Below, one piece after another: positions 8,084 through 16,914 of a stretch of 64,000 nucleotides of DNA. Origin of the DNA: Escherichia phage DCP548. Below the pieces are notes generated by a model. That model was not told the origin of the DNA and made no database searches. It saw only the letters and a program-made list of their open reading frames with translations. Location of the stretch: sequence record PQ671645.1; one strand, 5' to 3'. The number at the start of each line of letters is the position of its first letter. Positions within the stretch are counted from its first letter, which is position 1. A program made the translations under genes and the position numbers.

Positions 8084-8983
8084 TTATTCCTCGATTACGA
8101 CATCTTCGTATTTAGGTATATTATACGGTGAAGAAATTAAAGCATTAAAGTAGATGAACTCACCAAGACCTGGATGGAATACTTCTTCAGGATTTTCGAA
8201 ATATTGAATCTTCGGACGTCCTTTAAGAATTTGATAGTACTCAGTTTTAGTTGGATTAAAAATTCGAATCAGCGCTTCTTCAGGATACTTATTTCTGTCG
8301 AAACTATTATTTGGATCAGTTATATAAAGCGGTTGACCTAATTGAATTGCGCATTCAACCACTTGTTCAAAACGATAGCATGGGTCACTAATTCGAAATG
8401 GATGAAAAATACCATCTAGATGAATAGGAGCCAAATCACCTACAAGACGCTGCATGACGGAAGGACGTATAACTTTCTGTGTTACGATAATCTTATTACC
8501 ATCCGCACCAGCGTTAACCAGCACTTCTTTTTGACGTTCATTCAACACAGTTGTTTGAAGTGAACGATTAACCGACAACATATCGGTTTTTAAGAATTCG
8601 TCAATATAAAAACGTGGTTTATTAGGGTCTGCGGTGATATTGAAATTGAATTCTACGTCAAAAGTGCCGTCATATCCAGTGATATCTGTGATTAGAAAAT
8701 CACAATCATAATAAGCAATTAATGAATCAACCACAAATTCATTTTCAGACCAGAAATATTTACGAGTGTTATACGCGTTATCTTTATACCATAATGGAAC
8801 AAACTTAAATTCCGGAAAAAGACGTTCACATTCTTTAATATCAGATGCATTACGTGGATATGTAATCACATCACCTGGATTAGCACGGTGCAAATGAAGT
8901 TGGAAGTTGCCATCCTTAAGGATAGCATACTGTCCAGTTTCATAAGACCGCATACTCAAGATAGGTACGCGGAAAATAGCCAT
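8084..8983 (-). CDS. hypothetical protein, candidate DNA sugar transferase (unsupported by motif)
   Basis: 299-aa ORF tightly coupled to gene 42 stop; no motif recognised; candidate role only by position in the glucosyltransferase slot. Confidence 0.45.
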   Translation of the reverse strand: MAIFRVPILSMRSYETGQYAILKDGNFQLHLHRANPGDVITYPRNASDIKECERLFPEFKFVPLWYKDNAYNTRKYFWSENEFVVDSLIAYYDCDFLITDITGYDGTFDVEFNFNITADPNKPRFYIDEFLKTDMLSVNRSLQTTVLNERQKEVLVNAGADGNKIIVTQKVIRPSVMQRLVGDLAPIHLDGIFHPFRISDPCYRFEQVVECAIQLGQPLYITDPNNSFDRNKYPEEALIRIFNPTKTEYYQILKGRPKIQYFENPEEVFHPGLGEFIYFNALISSPYNIPKYEDVVIEE

Positions 8984-9699
8984 TAGTCAAGGAATCCTTT
9001 AACATAATCAAAATCACGTTCAAACACATGGGCACTTACCATGGTATGAGTATAATCACCAACTTCTACACCGCATTCGTTAGCGATATAATGAAGTAAT
9101 TTTCCTTGGAGATAAAAATCCAACTGCATAACAACAGCACAGTTCTGAGAACGCATATGACAGTGGGTATAAAGCTTACCATCACGAATATAATAAGTCA
9201 CTGAGTCAGTACATGGATATTCAAGCGTTTCATCCGAATCAAGCAAAGCCTGATCTGAACTTTCAAGAATTTGAAACACAACTCTTCGTGAATTAGGTTT
9301 CTCTTTAAGTTCTTTGAGAAGAGCTGGTAACTGGGCCGCAATTCGTGGACCATAGAAAGTGTTGAAGTTCGCCGGCAAAACATCTGATTTTGGTTTAGAA
9401 ATAAATTTAGCGACATTAGGATACGCCTTAAACGCTTCTTCTGCGTTGGTACCACCAGAAATCATAAACTTCCAGAAATCTTCAGCATATTCATAAGAGA
9501 TGCGATTAATACGTGGGTCGGTCATTTTGAATGATGAAGGGGTATCAACAACTACTGTCATAGACCCAATTTCATTACAACGTCCAATACGAGAATCAGT
9601 TACGAATTCCGGGTTTTCTAAAATTTCACGATTGACAGCTTTAAATGCGGATTGAAAATCTGCGGCTTTAATATATTTCATTGTGTTATGTTTTCCCAT
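8983..9699 (-). CDS. 42: deoxycytidylate 5-hydroxymethyltransferase gp42 (thymidylate-synthase family)
   Basis: 238 aa; TS-family core RRVVFQ and catalytic Cys context YPCTDSVTYY; synteny. Confidence 0.8.
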   Translation of the reverse strand: MGKHNTMKYIKAADFQSAFKAVNREILENPEFVTDSRIGRCNEIGSMTVVVDTPSSFKMTDPRINRISYEYAEDFWKFMISGGTNAEEAFKAYPNVAKFISKPKSDVLPANFNTFYGPRIAAQLPALLKELKEKPNSRRVVFQILESSDQALLDSDETLEYPCTDSVTYYIRDGKLYTHCHMRSQNCAVVMQLDFYLQGKLLHYIANECGVEVGDYTHTMVSAHVFERDFDYVKGFLD

Positions 9700-9717
9700 G
9701 TTTACCTCAATACAGTT

Positions 9718-9741
9718 ATTATATACTCAATTCATAAAGCT
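9718..9741 (-). promoter_or_regulatory. middle-type promoter candidate upstream of gene 42
   Basis: Minus strand aAGCTTTA, 11 nt, TATAAT. Confidence 0.4.
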
Positions 9742-9880
9742 TATTTGAATTTCTTAGCGATGTTGATATAACGTAAAGCTTCAGCATCGATACTTCCAAG
9801 AACACTATGAAGAAATGCATCAGCGTAGTATTCTAGTTGAACAGGTTTCTTTAATCACTTTAGCCGCTTTAGTTTCAAAC

Positions 9881-9900
9881 AGGCCCATAAGGGCCTTTTT
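9881..9900 (+). terminator. terminator-like hairpin in plus-strand orientation (possibly bidirectional)
   Basis: AGGCCC-ATAA-GGGCCT followed by TTTTT on the plus strand, inside a 278-bp gap without a convincing ORF. Confidence 0.4.
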
Positions 9901-9977
9901 AAGAATTTGTTCGTTGCTGTTAATTTTCGTAGTCAAAATCTCTTCGTTAAGTTGGTGGTTAAAAGTTTTTCTAGAAA

Positions 9978-11138
9978 TCATTCTGGGTACCTCAAAGCGT
10001 CGTCAGAGTTAGTTATATCAATAATAGATATAGAATTTTCTGATAACCCATTTTTAGATAACTGACGTTTATAATATCTTTCACAATATGTACACGTCGT
10101 CCCGCAGATTTCATTAGCACAATCGAAATCTGGATGTTTGAACCACCTTTTTTCTAAAAAGCCATCTAACAAAGAGGTTTCAATATTTACCGTATGTGAA
10201 AACTCGGTCTCATTTTCAAGAGTGAAAATGGTCTCTAAAGGCTTCCACAATTCCAACAAATTACCTTCAAATTTTTCAGAAGCATAAGCTTCAAGAACTT
10301 TCAAAATGTAGTCTGTGCTACCTGTACGTCCTGAAACTTTGAATTGAGTGATACCAATATCATTATAAAGTTTCAAATCTTGAGGACGAACAAAACGAGT
10401 TCTCAACCAGTTAAATGGGTCTGTATCACGAGCTTTAATACAGTGCTGCATAGGATATCCGTTTAAGGATTTAGCATCATCAGCTGTAACATCAGTACTA
10501 TGGAAAATATAGCAAGAGTCACGATAGCTACAATGTGTTGTATACCCTTTACCAGCATTAGAACAGAACTCATTTACAAGAACTTCAAATATTATATTGT
10601 TCTTATTACAAAACTCTGCTGCACGCTTCAGGAAAGAAACTGAACGGTTCTTATGAATTCCACAGCAGACCTTTTTGATATTATATTGGTCGTGCAAGTA
10701 TTTGATTTGAGTTACAGCATCGACATGTAGAATTGTTGAAACTTCAATCTCAATGTCTTTATTGACTTCACGAACAATTTCCATAACAACAGGGTTAGCG
10801 ATAGTAATACGCCATACGCCTATTGACCAAAGATACTGAACATAATCCTGAATAGCTTTCTTCTTCCACTCAACTAGTTCTCTTTTTGAACCAGGATTTA
10901 TCGTGTTGAGTGTATAGTTAAAGCAAATACCTAATTCGTTACAACGTTTAACGTAATCTTCTAACATCTTTTTGTCAACGTCAGGAAGCCTAAAATCAGG
11001 TCTGGCTGCTACAAAAGCCATTTCTCTTGTAGAGCCGTATACTTCATTTATCAAGCTATTAGGATAAGTTTTATTGAGCTCTACGATTTTATCAAGAAGA
11101 GCTAAATCAAAATTCGTTCCGATTTTAAAGGTATTCAT
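9978..11138 (-). CDS. Cys-rich enzyme of unknown function (possible Fe-S protein)
   Basis: 386 aa; C-terminal FDCANEICGTTCTYC (C-x4-C-x3-C-x2-C) plus EFCSNAGKGYTTHCSYRDSC; first gene downstream of the sugar-pathway genes. Confidence 0.5.
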   Translation of the reverse strand: MNTFKIGTNFDLALLDKIVELNKTYPNSLINEVYGSTREMAFVAARPDFRLPDVDKKMLEDYVKRCNELGICFNYTLNTINPGSKRELVEWKKKAIQDYVQYLWSIGVWRITIANPVVMEIVREVNKDIEIEVSTILHVDAVTQIKYLHDQYNIKKVCCGIHKNRSVSFLKRAAEFCNKNNIIFEVLVNEFCSNAGKGYTTHCSYRDSCYIFHSTDVTADDAKSLNGYPMQHCIKARDTDPFNWLRTRFVRPQDLKLYNDIGITQFKVSGRTGSTDYILKVLEAYASEKFEGNLLELWKPLETIFTLENETEFSHTVNIETSLLDGFLEKRWFKHPDFDCANEICGTTCTYCERYYKRQLSKNGLSENSISIIDITNSDDALRYPE

Positions 11139-11192
11139 TTTTGCATCTCGCGTTAATTGTTGCGATGGTTTTTGCAGGTCTTACTTAAATTA

Positions 11193-11594
11193 TTATAGAT
11201 TCGGTTTATATGATTTAAATGTTTCGAATTCGCCTTTATTCATAAGAGCTTTGAATTCGTCAGGACGCATAGCTTTGTCGTCGATAATCCAATCATATAC
11301 TGGTTTATGTGTTAGCAAATTATGGTACTTCAAGCCAATGTTTGCCAAGTTCTGAATCAGACTTGGGAGAATGTCAATTGCTATACGGCCAGGACCTACT
11401 GACTTCATACCGCGAGCAGTGTAAAGCGTTATTGTATGCCCTGCATCATACAGGGCATTAATGGCAGACACCATTTCGACGTCTGGTTTGAAGTTCACGT
11501 AATCACGATTGTTATTCCACTCTGTTATACAATCATCGACATCAAAACAAAGATTAAGCATGTTTTCTACACGGTGCATTAGATTCGTTCCCAT
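11193..11594 (-). CDS. HAD-superfamily phosphatase, KdsC-like
   Basis: 133 aa; motif I FDVDDCI, later TARG and K...DD motifs. Confidence 0.6.
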   Translation of the reverse strand: MGTNLMHRVENMLNLCFDVDDCITEWNNNRDYVNFKPDVEMVSAINALYDAGHTITLYTARGMKSVGPGRIAIDILPSLIQNLANIGLKYHNLLTHKPVYDWIIDDKAMRPDEFKALMNKGEFETFKSYKPNL

Positions 11595-13264
11595 TGATGA
11601 GTGATATCGCCACCGATTGGACGATAGGAAACACCAGTTTCTTTATCAGTTAGTACCCATTTACCAGGATTTTTTGTAATCAGAGTAGCCGTTACAGGTT
11701 CTGCTACGTCATAACTAATAGAGCCGTCCTGAAGTACACGGCCCATGTTACGTAATTGCTTAGTCAGAAGTTCCATACCTTTATAATATGCGGCTACCGC
11801 TTTAAGTGGATTATTCTTGAAATAACCACCTAATGCAATCCAGATAATTGCCACTGCCAAATGATGATACTCGTTAAACGAACTCATCTTTCCATATTTG
11901 TAAACTAATGGATTGATGTTAATAGTCACATTACAAGTTGTTTCATCAATAGTAAATTGCCCCCAGGTCGGATTAGCATTGAATTCATCATAACCTGAAA
12001 CAGCATAAAGCACTTTAGCTTCATCATACAATTTTGGCCCATAAATCTTGGTTTCGCCAAAATATCCACGAGGGTCGATAAACTTGACTTCACCATTATC
12101 AGTAATCATAGTATTACTAAAGTTCGGGTCACCATGAATAACAGAGTACTGTCCCTGAGAACGGTTATGATAACGAATAAGGTGTTCTAAAGCTTGTTTC
12201 AGCATTGGCTTCAGACGCCCAATCTTAGTGTAGTTCACATGTGTGATTTTACCAAATGAATCAATCAATGGTTGAATACTTTCACAACGATCAATAACTT
12301 TCGTATAGAACTCTTTAGTGAAATCACGACGAACAGTTTCAGGACTTACAAAATAAGTGTCTGTGCTGAATTTCAGTGCGTCTAAAATTGCATCAACAAT
12401 TTGTGGACGAGCAAGACTTGATTTGGATTTAATATATTCAAATGCCGGCTTACCTTTAATGCGTTCCATTTCAAAGTTATTTTCATTAACAGAAACTAAC
12501 TGAGGAACTGAATCTGATTTCACTTTAAGATACCATGAAATCTCATCTTTCTGAAGAGCTCGGCCCTGTTCGGTTAATGCGAATTTAGTTACAGTTTCTT
12601 CACCGATTTCAACTGCATTAAAACTACGATTAAGTTCACGAACTTCATGAGCCTTTTCAAGTTTAGGCATATCACCTAAATCAATTAGATTCATAAGCTC
12701 TGATTTATTGAATGCGCTGCCGTAAAGGAATTCTACGAAATCACGTCCTTTGCAGTATTCATGAATTTCCTCATCAGTAGAACCCATATAGAATTCCCAG
12801 TCTTTGAACTGATAAATTCCTACAACATTACCACCTGTTGAACCTACGTTAGTGATATTTTCACCGTCGAAATTATATCGACATTCGTCACCCTTAACAT
12901 AGATTGCGTTAACATTCCAAGACCATGAACCAAAATCGGGAATAATATCACACCAGTTAACAATTACATTATGGCCGTCTAAATCTTTGTGCAATTTAGC
13001 AAGAGCATAAGCAGAACCATATGCTTCATCAACTGTACGAATAGTCACATTGAACCCTTCTTGCTCACAATAAGCTCGAACAGTTTCAGCAAATTTTGAA
13101 TGAACTACTACAATAATTTCGTCTGCGCCAAGGTCAGAATAAATTGTATACAAATTGCTCAGAATAGTGTCTTGTTTATAGTTAACAAGCACCTTAGGAA
13201 TATGATGCGTTATTGGATACAAACGAGTTGCCAGTCCAGCACCAAGAATAACAGCTTTTTTCAT
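11579..13264 (-). CDS. bifunctional sugar-1-phosphate nucleotidyltransferase / kinase (LicC-LicA-like fusion)
   Basis: 561 aa; N-terminal ILGAGLATRLYPIT...PK (GxGxRL nucleotidyltransferase signature); C-terminal HGDPNFSN and FIDPRG (Brenner and DFG-like kinase motifs). Confidence 0.65.
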   Translation of the reverse strand: MKKAVILGAGLATRLYPITHHIPKVLVNYKQDTILSNLYTIYSDLGADEIIVVVHSKFAETVRAYCEQEGFNVTIRTVDEAYGSAYALAKLHKDLDGHNVIVNWCDIIPDFGSWSWNVNAIYVKGDECRYNFDGENITNVGSTGGNVVGIYQFKDWEFYMGSTDEEIHEYCKGRDFVEFLYGSAFNKSELMNLIDLGDMPKLEKAHEVRELNRSFNAVEIGEETVTKFALTEQGRALQKDEISWYLKVKSDSVPQLVSVNENNFEMERIKGKPAFEYIKSKSSLARPQIVDAILDALKFSTDTYFVSPETVRRDFTKEFYTKVIDRCESIQPLIDSFGKITHVNYTKIGRLKPMLKQALEHLIRYHNRSQGQYSVIHGDPNFSNTMITDNGEVKFIDPRGYFGETKIYGPKLYDEAKVLYAVSGYDEFNANPTWGQFTIDETTCNVTININPLVYKYGKMSSFNEYHHLAVAIIWIALGGYFKNNPLKAVAAYYKGMELLTKQLRNMGRVLQDGSISYDVAEPVTATLITKNPGKWVLTDKETGVSYRPIGGDITHQWERI

Positions 13265-13305
13265 GTTGTGGTCCTCATTGGTAAGTAGGAGTATTGTACA
13301 CTATT

Positions 13306-13449
13306 CTAGTTAAAGCATTCATACTTTGCTTGTAGTCCAATCATAATCCATCCAATTACAAGTGTTGGAATCATTACCGGAGCCGTTAAGCTCCAGTAGA
13401 TAGTCATGACAAGCATCAATAGTAAAAGTCCTATTGTTATTGCTTTCAT
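13306..13449 (-). CDS. small hydrophobic peptide (47 aa)
   Basis: Hand-found: ATG overlaps the isomerase stop (ATGA); MKAITIGLLLLMLVMTIYWSLTAPVMIPTLVIGWIMIGLQ...; below ORF-track size cut-off. Confidence 0.35.
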   Translation of the reverse strand: MKAITIGLLLLMLVMTIYWSLTAPVMIPTLVIGWIMIGLQAKYECFN

Positions 13450-14081
13450 TGTTCGCCTCGTAACATGGCACCTAGTGCACCGCCAGGGTGGAACTTAAGG
13501 AAATCATTAGAGGTAAATCCACGTTCAGACGAAAGGTTGATAGCAAACGTATCGATAAGCGCTAACAACAATGTAGTGGACATTGTCGGAGCTAAAGAGT
13601 TCTCGTCAACTTCTACAGCGATACCGGTACAGAACGTATAATCAAAAAGAGCTTCGTATTCTTGTGGAATGTCAGGGTTACAATGCAACAGAATCTGTTT
13701 GACGTTCGGACGAATCATTTTAAGATGCTTAGCCACGCCTATCATTTCTTCAGTTTTACCAGAACGACTAATATGAATCAACACATCATTAGGCGCAATG
13801 AATCCTGCATCACCGTGAGAATAATGCCCGGTGTTCAAGTACATACTCGGGATACCGAGTGAAGCAAATGTCTCAGAAGCTTTAGTTGCGATATTAGCGT
13901 TCTTACCAACACCTGTAATAATTACACGACTTTCATAATTACTAAGTCCAGGGCGTCGAAGAGTTTCTAGAATAGCATTATAACGAGCAGGGTTTTGACT
14001 AATTACTTTGGCCATAGCGGCCAAAGAAGAAGCTTGTTTTATGATTGCGTCAATAGCGATAGTAATAGGAGTAGTTTTCAT
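13446..14081 (-). CDS. SIS-domain sugar-phosphate isomerase, arabinose-5-phosphate isomerase-like (KdsD/GutQ)
   Basis: 211 aa; GVGKNANIATK SIS motif and C-terminal FHPGGALG characteristic of KdsD/GutQ. Confidence 0.7.
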   Translation of the reverse strand: MKTTPITIAIDAIIKQASSLAAMAKVISQNPARYNAILETLRRPGLSNYESRVIITGVGKNANIATKASETFASLGIPSMYLNTGHYSHGDAGFIAPNDVLIHISRSGKTEEMIGVAKHLKMIRPNVKQILLHCNPDIPQEYEALFDYTFCTGIAVEVDENSLAPTMSTTLLLALIDTFAINLSSERGFTSNDFLKFHPGGALGAMLRGEQ

Positions 14082-14121
14082 ATTTCTCTCATTTAATTAG
14101 TTTACCGTCCATGTCATTATA

Positions 14122-16833
14122 TCAAAAATCGAACATATCGAATAGAGATGCTTTCTTCTCGTAATCGAGTTTCGCTGCTGATGTGAATCCTTCAAGTGGT
14201 TTAATAAATGTCTTCTCAAGGAGAACAGTGTAGTCCATCCAATGAAGTACGTCGTCTTTAATTAAATCTGTGATTTCAGTACCAGAAGGCCATGCGATAC
14301 ATTTATCACCGAATGGGTTTCCTTCGCGTAAAGGCAGAACATATACTTTTTCACCTTCTACAACTTGCGGTGCATCGATATTACCTTTGATAGCCCGGTT
14401 ATACGTCAGAATTCCACGAATATGGAACGGGCATTTGGGACCAGGGAATCCACCTACATCATATTTAGCAATGTTATTCGCAGAAGATACCGACGCGATG
14501 CTAATATAATTCAATTGACGGAATTCTTTTTCAAACTCTTTAAAATATTCTTGTAATGATTCTTCACCTTCTTGAAGCATACGACGAATACATTCTTTAA
14601 GAGCTTTCTGTACTGCTTTAGGAGTCGAAGATTTCTGAGTCTCTAGACCCATGATTTTGAGTTTAGGCTCAGCGTAACGAGTACCTTCCATATCCCACAC
14701 GTTTAATGCATAACGTTTCTTACCAGTCCAGAATCCACCAATACCTTTAGAACCGAGTGGAGGACCAGCGATAGCTTCTCGGTCCATGAACATTAAGTGT
14801 TGTTTATTGTTCATGTATTCACACATTTCACGGAAACCTCTATCAATAGCTGGTTCCATACGTTCACGTGCAAACTTATCTAAGAAGTCTACCCAATGGT
14901 TGGTATCACGGAATTTAGATTCACCAACCTTATCGATAATTTTATCAGCAGATACGTAAATAGAGTCTGTATCACCATAAAGAACGAAAGCTTCACCTTC
15001 TGTGCCACAAACTTCATTCAGATATTCATTAACTTTACGTTCAATCCACTGTAAAGCCATTTGACCAAATGTTGTGATTGCAGTAGCATTACGCAAATCA
15101 TAATAACGAAACCAAACGTTGCCAAGTGCACCATAAAGTGAGTTGATAAGCAATTTACGGTTAATTTGGGCAGTCATACCTGCAACTTCAGTACGTTGAG
15201 CTCTAAACAACATTTCATTAAGAGATTTAGCAGACAACTTTTTAATCTTTTCTTTAATCTCATCGCTGAAGTCGAAACGATAATCAACATCTAATGGTTC
15301 GTCAACAGAAAGATTAGGATTATGCAATGCCTCTTTAATTATTTCACCATTACGTTGAGCTGCAAGCATGTAACCTTTATGTTCTTTACGTTGATTAAAG
15401 ACCTTAGTGATTTCAGTTGGAACTACACCATCACGGTCTTTATAATACATCATGCCGTTAGGAGAACAACTGTACACATCAGAAGGACGTTCAGCAACAG
15501 CGTTAATATAATCATGCAATGGAGCTACTTTAAACGTTCCTGCTATTGTTTCTGGGCTAATATTCACTTGGCGAATAATACTTGGATACAGAGATGTAAG
15601 GTCGAAACTCATTACATATTTGTATCGATTTGGAATAGGTTCCTTAACAAAAGCGCCGGGATAAGGTTGAACCGGGTGAGAACGACCTTGTGGAATCACC
15701 TTGTTCTGCTCTTTAAGGCTATTAAAAATAATAGCATCCCATGTTTTAATTGGGCTAAACACAGATTGAATCTGTATCTTAGCATAATAACCCATGTCCA
15801 AACTCAAGTTGATGAACTGACGCTTAGCATCAATTTGCAATACACGATACACATCGATAATGTTATAAGAAATATATCGTTGGTGATTGCTTTCACGAAG
15901 CTTAGAAATAGGGCCGTCATATTTCAGTTTACCAACGTTCAATTCAAATTCTGAAATGTAATCCAGAGAATATGACGGCTGATTGGTAAAAGAGAATTTT
16001 TTGTAAAGGTCAATGTAATCAAGAACAGAGATACCGAATAATGTAATGATTTCACGAGAACCATACATGTTTTCGATAACTTTAACACGAGTTTTACGAT
16101 GTGGTGATAAACGTTTCGCAGTAGATTCGCCAAAAATATTCTTGATTCGGTTATACACATATGGAATATCAAATGACTCAACGTTCCATCCAGTCAAAAT
16201 GACAGGAGTTTTCTGTTGCCAGAAGTTGAGATATTCCATCAACAATTCTTTTTCGTTATCGAACGGCATATAAATGATTTTATCGATAATTTCGGATGGA
16301 ACTTCATCACCGCCTTGTTCTTGAAGCTTAGCAGCGATTTCAATAGACCATTCTTCTACATTACCATATGGAGAATTCAATAGATCAAATACGTAGAACC
16401 TGTCGTCAATTGAGTCATAATGGGTGATAGCATCAATCGGATGTTTTGCTTGTGACGGCTCAGGGAACCCATCTGGAGATGTTACTTCGATGTCGAAGTT
16501 AGCCACACGAATTTTTGTATGGTCGTATTTGATTTCATAGTTATAAGTGTCAGACAAATACGCCAATTTGAAATCGTCCATGCCAAGTGCTTCAAGTCCG
16601 ATATCTTCCATGCGTTTAATCCATTGTGAGGCATCACGCATATTGGCGAACAACTTACGAGTACACGGCTTACCGTAGATATCGAAATATTTCGTAGCCT
16701 GACTTTCTGGACAATGAGCAAACAGTGATGGTTTATATTCTACTTCACGAGTACGTTCACGGCCGTTAGAATCGATGTAACGTTCAAAAATTGAATCACC
16801 AATCTGTTCAACCGTTAAGTAAAATTCTTTCAT
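14122..16833 (-). CDS. 43: DNA polymerase gp43 (family B)
   Basis: 903 aa; MKEFYLTVEQIGDSIFERYIDSNGRE..., exo motif FDIEV, pol motifs YGDTDS and SLYPS; matches remembered RB69 gp43. Confidence 0.97.
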   Translation of the reverse strand: MKEFYLTVEQIGDSIFERYIDSNGRERTREVEYKPSLFAHCPESQATKYFDIYGKPCTRKLFANMRDASQWIKRMEDIGLEALGMDDFKLAYLSDTYNYEIKYDHTKIRVANFDIEVTSPDGFPEPSQAKHPIDAITHYDSIDDRFYVFDLLNSPYGNVEEWSIEIAAKLQEQGGDEVPSEIIDKIIYMPFDNEKELLMEYLNFWQQKTPVILTGWNVESFDIPYVYNRIKNIFGESTAKRLSPHRKTRVKVIENMYGSREIITLFGISVLDYIDLYKKFSFTNQPSYSLDYISEFELNVGKLKYDGPISKLRESNHQRYISYNIIDVYRVLQIDAKRQFINLSLDMGYYAKIQIQSVFSPIKTWDAIIFNSLKEQNKVIPQGRSHPVQPYPGAFVKEPIPNRYKYVMSFDLTSLYPSIIRQVNISPETIAGTFKVAPLHDYINAVAERPSDVYSCSPNGMMYYKDRDGVVPTEITKVFNQRKEHKGYMLAAQRNGEIIKEALHNPNLSVDEPLDVDYRFDFSDEIKEKIKKLSAKSLNEMLFRAQRTEVAGMTAQINRKLLINSLYGALGNVWFRYYDLRNATAITTFGQMALQWIERKVNEYLNEVCGTEGEAFVLYGDTDSIYVSADKIIDKVGESKFRDTNHWVDFLDKFARERMEPAIDRGFREMCEYMNNKQHLMFMDREAIAGPPLGSKGIGGFWTGKKRYALNVWDMEGTRYAEPKLKIMGLETQKSSTPKAVQKALKECIRRMLQEGEESLQEYFKEFEKEFRQLNYISIASVSSANNIAKYDVGGFPGPKCPFHIRGILTYNRAIKGNIDAPQVVEGEKVYVLPLREGNPFGDKCIAWPSGTEITDLIKDDVLHWMDYTVLLEKTFIKPLEGFTSAAKLDYEKKASLFDMFDF

Positions 16834-16845
16834 TTAATTTCCTTT

Positions 16846-16861
16846 AGACGAGTTATTGTCT
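16846..16861 (-). promoter_or_regulatory. candidate gene 43 translational operator hairpin
   Basis: AGAC-AAUAACUC-GUCU (4-bp stem, 8-nt loop) directly 5' of the AGGAA RBS of gene 43; resembles the remembered T4 gp43 autoregulatory operator. Confidence 0.4.
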
Positions 16862-16892
16862 TTTGTTTGTTGATGAACTTATTATACTCCAA

Positions 16893-16910
16893 ATGGGACC
16901 GAAGTCCCAT
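16893..16910 (-). other. intercistronic RNA hairpin with UUCG tetraloop
   Basis: AUGGGAC-UUCG-GUCCCAU 5 nt after the regA stop, followed by a TATAAT. Confidence 0.5.
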
Positions 16911-16914
16911 TGCT

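Noticed and set aside
9815-10012. 65-aa plus-strand ORF in the 278-bp gap
   Set aside because: No RBS, hydrophobic low-complexity translation, and it overlaps the 3' end of a minus-strand gene. The gap is better explained as regulatory.
9978-11138. Calling the 386-aa Cys-rich protein a U32-family enzyme or a radical SAM enzyme
   Set aside because: Motif resemblance by eye only; neither signature matches cleanly, so it is left as an unknown with a noted Cys cluster.
15322-15954. 210-aa plus-strand ORF and all other plus-strand ORFs in the track
   Set aside because: Every one lies antisense inside a recognisable or well-packed minus-strand gene, and none has a plus-strand promoter or RBS context. 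Treated as chance frames.
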